A model generated the notes under the pieces. It did not search any database and was not told where the DNA came from. It saw only the letters and a list, made by a program, of their open reading frames with translations. This document shows, one piece after another, positions 36,076 to 38,957 of a DNA stretch of 38,957 nucleotides. Each line of letters starts with the position of its first letter. Position 1 is the stretch's first letter. Where the stretch lies: contig CAWHOE010000017.1 of assembly GCA_963830915.1 (NCBI GenBank), forward strand, positions 1 through 38,957. The letters run 5' to 3'. This stretch comes from a candidate division FCPU426 bacterium (GTDB lineage Bacteria; Oederibacteriota; Muellerivitia; Muellerivitales; Muellerivitaceae). Made by a program: the position numbers and the translations under genes.

Positions 36076-36358
36076 CTGAAACAATGGTGTACGGGTATCC
36101 TATCTTGCCTTTGATCCAATGAGTCATAGTTTTTTCTGAAAAGTGTGTTTCCAAGGGAACATTTCATGAATTTTAAGCTCACGCTCCAGAGGTGGGATTG
36201 AGAATCCAGGGTCTTTTTCCCCTTGCGTCCGTGACCGGGTTCAATTAATTGTCACTTCGTCACGATTCAAATCCTCTTTCTTGAAACTGTGGATCACAAG
36301 ATGAGGAAAAGAAGTGGGGATTAACCGCGCCATTGAAGTTCTATGCCCGCGAAGCCCT

Positions 36359-36905
36359 TCAACTGGTTTTTTGAGCTTTGATCTGAGTGATGATCATCCG
36401 CAGTTTTTTAGCCGCGTCAAAGATACGATCATCCCGGTAGAACTCCCCGTAATAAATGGACTTGAGGCCCACATTGGCCACCATCTTGAAACAGTTCCAG
36501 CAGGGTGAGGCGGTCACGTAGAATCTCCGCCCCTTCCAGACGCACCCCGTTGCGGGCCGCCTGGATGATGGCGTTCGCTTCGGCGTGGATGGTGGCCACG
36601 CAATGCCCATCCTCCATCATGTGCCCCTGGTCATCACAGTGGGGCAGTCCCCGGACGCTTCCGTTGTATCCCGTGGAAAGGATGGTCTTGTCCCTGACGA
36701 TGACGGCACCCACATGTTTGCGGTCGCAGGTGGAACGGGTGGCGACCTCGGAAGCGATGTTCATGAAATACTGATGCCAGTCCACTCGGACCCGGTGGGA
36801 GGGTTTGGCGTTGGCGATGTTCTGAGCCTGGGTCTTAGAGGTCCGGCGTTTTTTCAGTCGGCTCATATTGTTTTTCTTGAACTTGATCTTGATTCGGGAT
36901 GCCAT
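36359..36905 (-). CDS. dCMP deaminase (ComEB-like), with an apparent frameshift at ~36523
   Basis: RSTCDRKHVGAVIV, TGYNGS, HAEANAI in one frame; YVTASPCWNCFK..ANVGLKSIYY in another. Removing one T from GAGATTCTAC joins them. Confidence 0.88.
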
Positions 36906-36918
36906 CGGTTTTCCTTCT

Positions 36919-37839
36919 TTATGGTTTAGGGTCAATAGCGAATATCGTCAACCGCTCAGCCGGATGCCAGTGCTCTTTGGACTCGGCTAAACGGGGCAAA
37001 CCTTCCGCGTCGCCCGTATTGATCCTCGGAAAGGATCCTATCATGCGGCAGAGATTCGTGAATATATAAGCGGACAAACCCTTGACCGTCAAGTCGGTCA
37101 CTTCCAAGAAGACCCCGTAGGTCTCGGGGTTCAAGGGGACTCCCGCCGAATAGGCCGCTATGCGGTCCTTCAGGAGGACCACCCAGATGTCCATGCCCAT
37201 GGACTCCCCTTCCAGAAGCGCCCGGAAATGGGCTTTTTGGGAGGAGAGGATCATTTTTTCCCCCATCTGTCCTTTCAGGCCGGGAAGGCGCTGGTTCTTC
37301 CAAAGTTCGAACAGGTCGCCACAGGCTTTCAAGTCCGAAGCGCGATAGGGGCGGAAAAGAACGGAATGTTCCTTTAAAAGATGGTTGATGTCGGCCCTTT
37401 TGGCCCGGTAAGGATCCCCGTGAAGTCCAGCCAGGTTCGAGCGGTCATAAAGATACTCAGTTAGGGTCGGCCGAACAGGATGACCCCAGGACCGAGCCTG
37501 ATCGACCTGCTCGCTGGTCAAACCCTCGATCCGGGAAATTCCTGGGCCTGGACCGTTCACCCTTTTCATATACTCAAAGGCTTCCATAACGGTTCGAGCG
37601 TCGAAAGGGCGAGGGACGGTCGGAAGATAAACATACTTGTCGTAATGGGCCAAAATGAATCGAGTGGTTCTTTTGGACGCGAACGAGAAAGTGAACTCAT
37701 CCCGCCACATTTGGAAGAAAGGGAGGGAGTTCGAAAGGGCGGTCGAGGGATGAAAGAACTCCGACGCTTTTTCAAAACAATTCTCAAGGGGTTCAACTTG
37801 GTCAAAGAAGGCGTGATGTGGAATGGGATGGGCTGGCAA
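36919..37839 (-). CDS. DUF2156 / aminoacyl-transferase-like GNAT-fold protein
   Basis: EYLYDRSNLAGLHGDPYRAKRADINH, E.TD.TVKGLSAYI, INTGDAEGLPRLAESKEHWHP. Confidence 0.8.
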   Translation of the reverse strand: MPAHPIPHHAFFDQVEPLENCFEKASEFFHPSTALSNSLPFFQMWRDEFTFSFASKRTTRFILAHYDKYVYLPTVPRPFDARTVMEAFEYMKRVNGPGPGISRIEGLTSEQVDQARSWGHPVRPTLTEYLYDRSNLAGLHGDPYRAKRADINHLLKEHSVLFRPYRASDLKACGDLFELWKNQRLPGLKGQMGEKMILSSQKAHFRALLEGESMGMDIWVVLLKDRIAAYSAGVPLNPETYGVFLEVTDLTVKGLSAYIFTNLCRMIGSFPRINTGDAEGLPRLAESKEHWHPAERLTIFAIDPKP

Positions 37840-37934
37840 GTTTTGGTCCTAAAATAAGGAAGCCGCGGTTCGTCAGGGTAAAGGCGGTCATTTTCTTCCG
37901 CTAATGTCCTGGAGAACCCGCGGCTTTTGTTCGG

Positions 37935-38687
37935 TTACTTACCCGTCAAAACTCGGGCGATTTCCCGGCGCAGACCATAGCTCAAACGATGCGCCCGGGA
38001 GGGCGGCCGGTAATTGGCCAGGTACTGGGGTAGGTTAGGCAGTTCCACCACGCCATGCTCATGATTGACCACGGCCGAGGCGTCCCCTTGCGGATGGGCG
38101 AAAACCACCACGCCTTGGATCCAGATCTGGGAACATTCCTGGGCCCAGCGGGGAGGCAGGTTGGCTTCCAGATGACTGCGCAAGTGGTAGATCTGGGTGG
38201 CGACTTGCTTGAGCGGGTTGTAGAAACCCCGCTTATAGCGGGAACGGGTCTTGCGGGCCCTCTTGTGAAGGGTCCATTCCCGGTCCAAAACCTCGCCGGC
38301 GATCCGGCCCCTTAGATACTTGGTTTCGATGACGAACAGGGTGTTGTTGGTGATCAGTAGATGGTCCAACTCCCGGGCCTTATCCCCGGATTGGAACTGG
38401 ACCGAGTGAAGCACCCGGGCATCCATCTGCATGTTGTCGAGGACCTTGGCCACCATAGCCTCGCCCTCCGACCCCTCGCCCACGATCCGGCCCCTGTGTC
38501 TGGCGACGGTGTAACTCCAAAAACCGAAGCCTAACAAGGGAACCGCCACGATGATCTTCAAGAACCAATAAGGCAACAGCATCAGAACGGCGATACCCAC
38601 TGCGAACGAAACGATCGAGATCCATCTCCAACGAGTCACCCACCGCATCGCCCGAGGCGGTGCGAGTTTTTGCAAAGTGGCGACCAT
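37935..38687 (-). CDS. Membrane-anchored NERD (nuclease-related) domain protein
   Basis: Two TM helices then GSEGE, ELDHLLIT...FVIETK, FYNPLKQ. Confidence 0.88.
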   Translation of the reverse strand: MVATLQKLAPPRAMRWVTRWRWISIVSFAVGIAVLMLLPYWFLKIIVAVPLLGFGFWSYTVARHRGRIVGEGSEGEAMVAKVLDNMQMDARVLHSVQFQSGDKARELDHLLITNNTLFVIETKYLRGRIAGEVLDREWTLHKRARKTRSRYKRGFYNPLKQVATQIYHLRSHLEANLPPRWAQECSQIWIQGVVVFAHPQGDASAVVNHEHGVVELPNLPQYLANYRPPSRAHRLSYGLRREIARVLTGK

Positions 38688-38690
38688 TTA

Positions 38691-38957
38691 TTAAGCCTTT
38701 CCCAGCGACAGCTCACGCACCTCCACAACCTCTTCCTGAAATTCGCTAATAAAGTGAGGATAATTTCGAATGAGGGACAACAGGGTTGTGCTTTCCAAGT
38801 ATCGCTGAATCAAATTCAGATAATTTTGAAGCTTCGCGACCACTTCCGATCGCGACAGGGCCGGGCACTTCGTGTCCGCCCCCAGAAACACTTTCTGGCG
38901 GTCCGTACCATGCATGACCACCGCGGGATACATCGAGCAATCCAGGGGACGGGCCTC
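38691..38957 (-). CDS. YkgJ-family Cys-cluster protein, C-terminal part (truncated by window)
   Basis: Frame open to the window edge: EARPLDCSMYP matches the RP..C..YP signature. Confidence 0.7.
   Translation of the reverse strand, partial: EARPLDCSMYPAVVMHGTDRQKVFLGADTKCPALSRSEVVAKLQNYLNLIQRYLESTTLLSLIRNYPHFISEFQEEVVEVRELSLGKA

Noticed and set aside
36120..36350. Non-coding gap with a DnaA-box-like TGTGGATCA as a replication origin
   Set aside because: Only one imperfect box, with no cluster of boxes or dnaA context.
2020..36530. Programmed ribosomal frameshifting at the two frameshift sites (~2030 and ~36523)
   Set aside because: No slippery heptamer or evident stimulatory structure at either site; both are simple single-T insertions.
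37935..38687. NERD gene as part of a defence island
   Set aside because: It is a membrane-anchored stand-alone NERD among housekeeping-like genes, with no helicase or other defence genes in the window.

Overview
Mostly gene-dense bacterial chromosome (GC-rich by eye; outer-membrane-type proteins suggest a diderm) with about 40 CDSs and two tRNA-Ser genes. Recognisable core genes include amrS-like radical SAM, cobB, aroK, gpsA, cysH, zwf-opcA-pgl, tkt, a Fur/PerR regulator with ahpC, and a dCMP deaminase. The strongest unexplained signal is a small, AT-richer GxxExxY (PD-(D/E)xK nuclease-like) gene enclosed by perfect 30-bp inverted repeats built from a triple CACCAAG unit (6779-7285). A gene-less copy of the same repeat pair lies 4 kb away (11061-11175), so this is a candidate autonomous/non-autonomous (REPIN/MITE-like) element pair. 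Other leads: a 27-bp duplication of the 5' end of tRNA-Ser(GCT) bracketing a 117-bp structured insert; an Aur1/PAP2-like membrane enzyme fused to a degenerate PEP-synthase ATP-grasp-like domain; an orphan PstS-fold protein lacking the phosphate motifs, divergent from cysH; and a structured 5' leader before pgl. Two genes carry single-base frameshifts that are probably sequence errors. All calls come from reading the sequence and motifs by eye; no searches were run.
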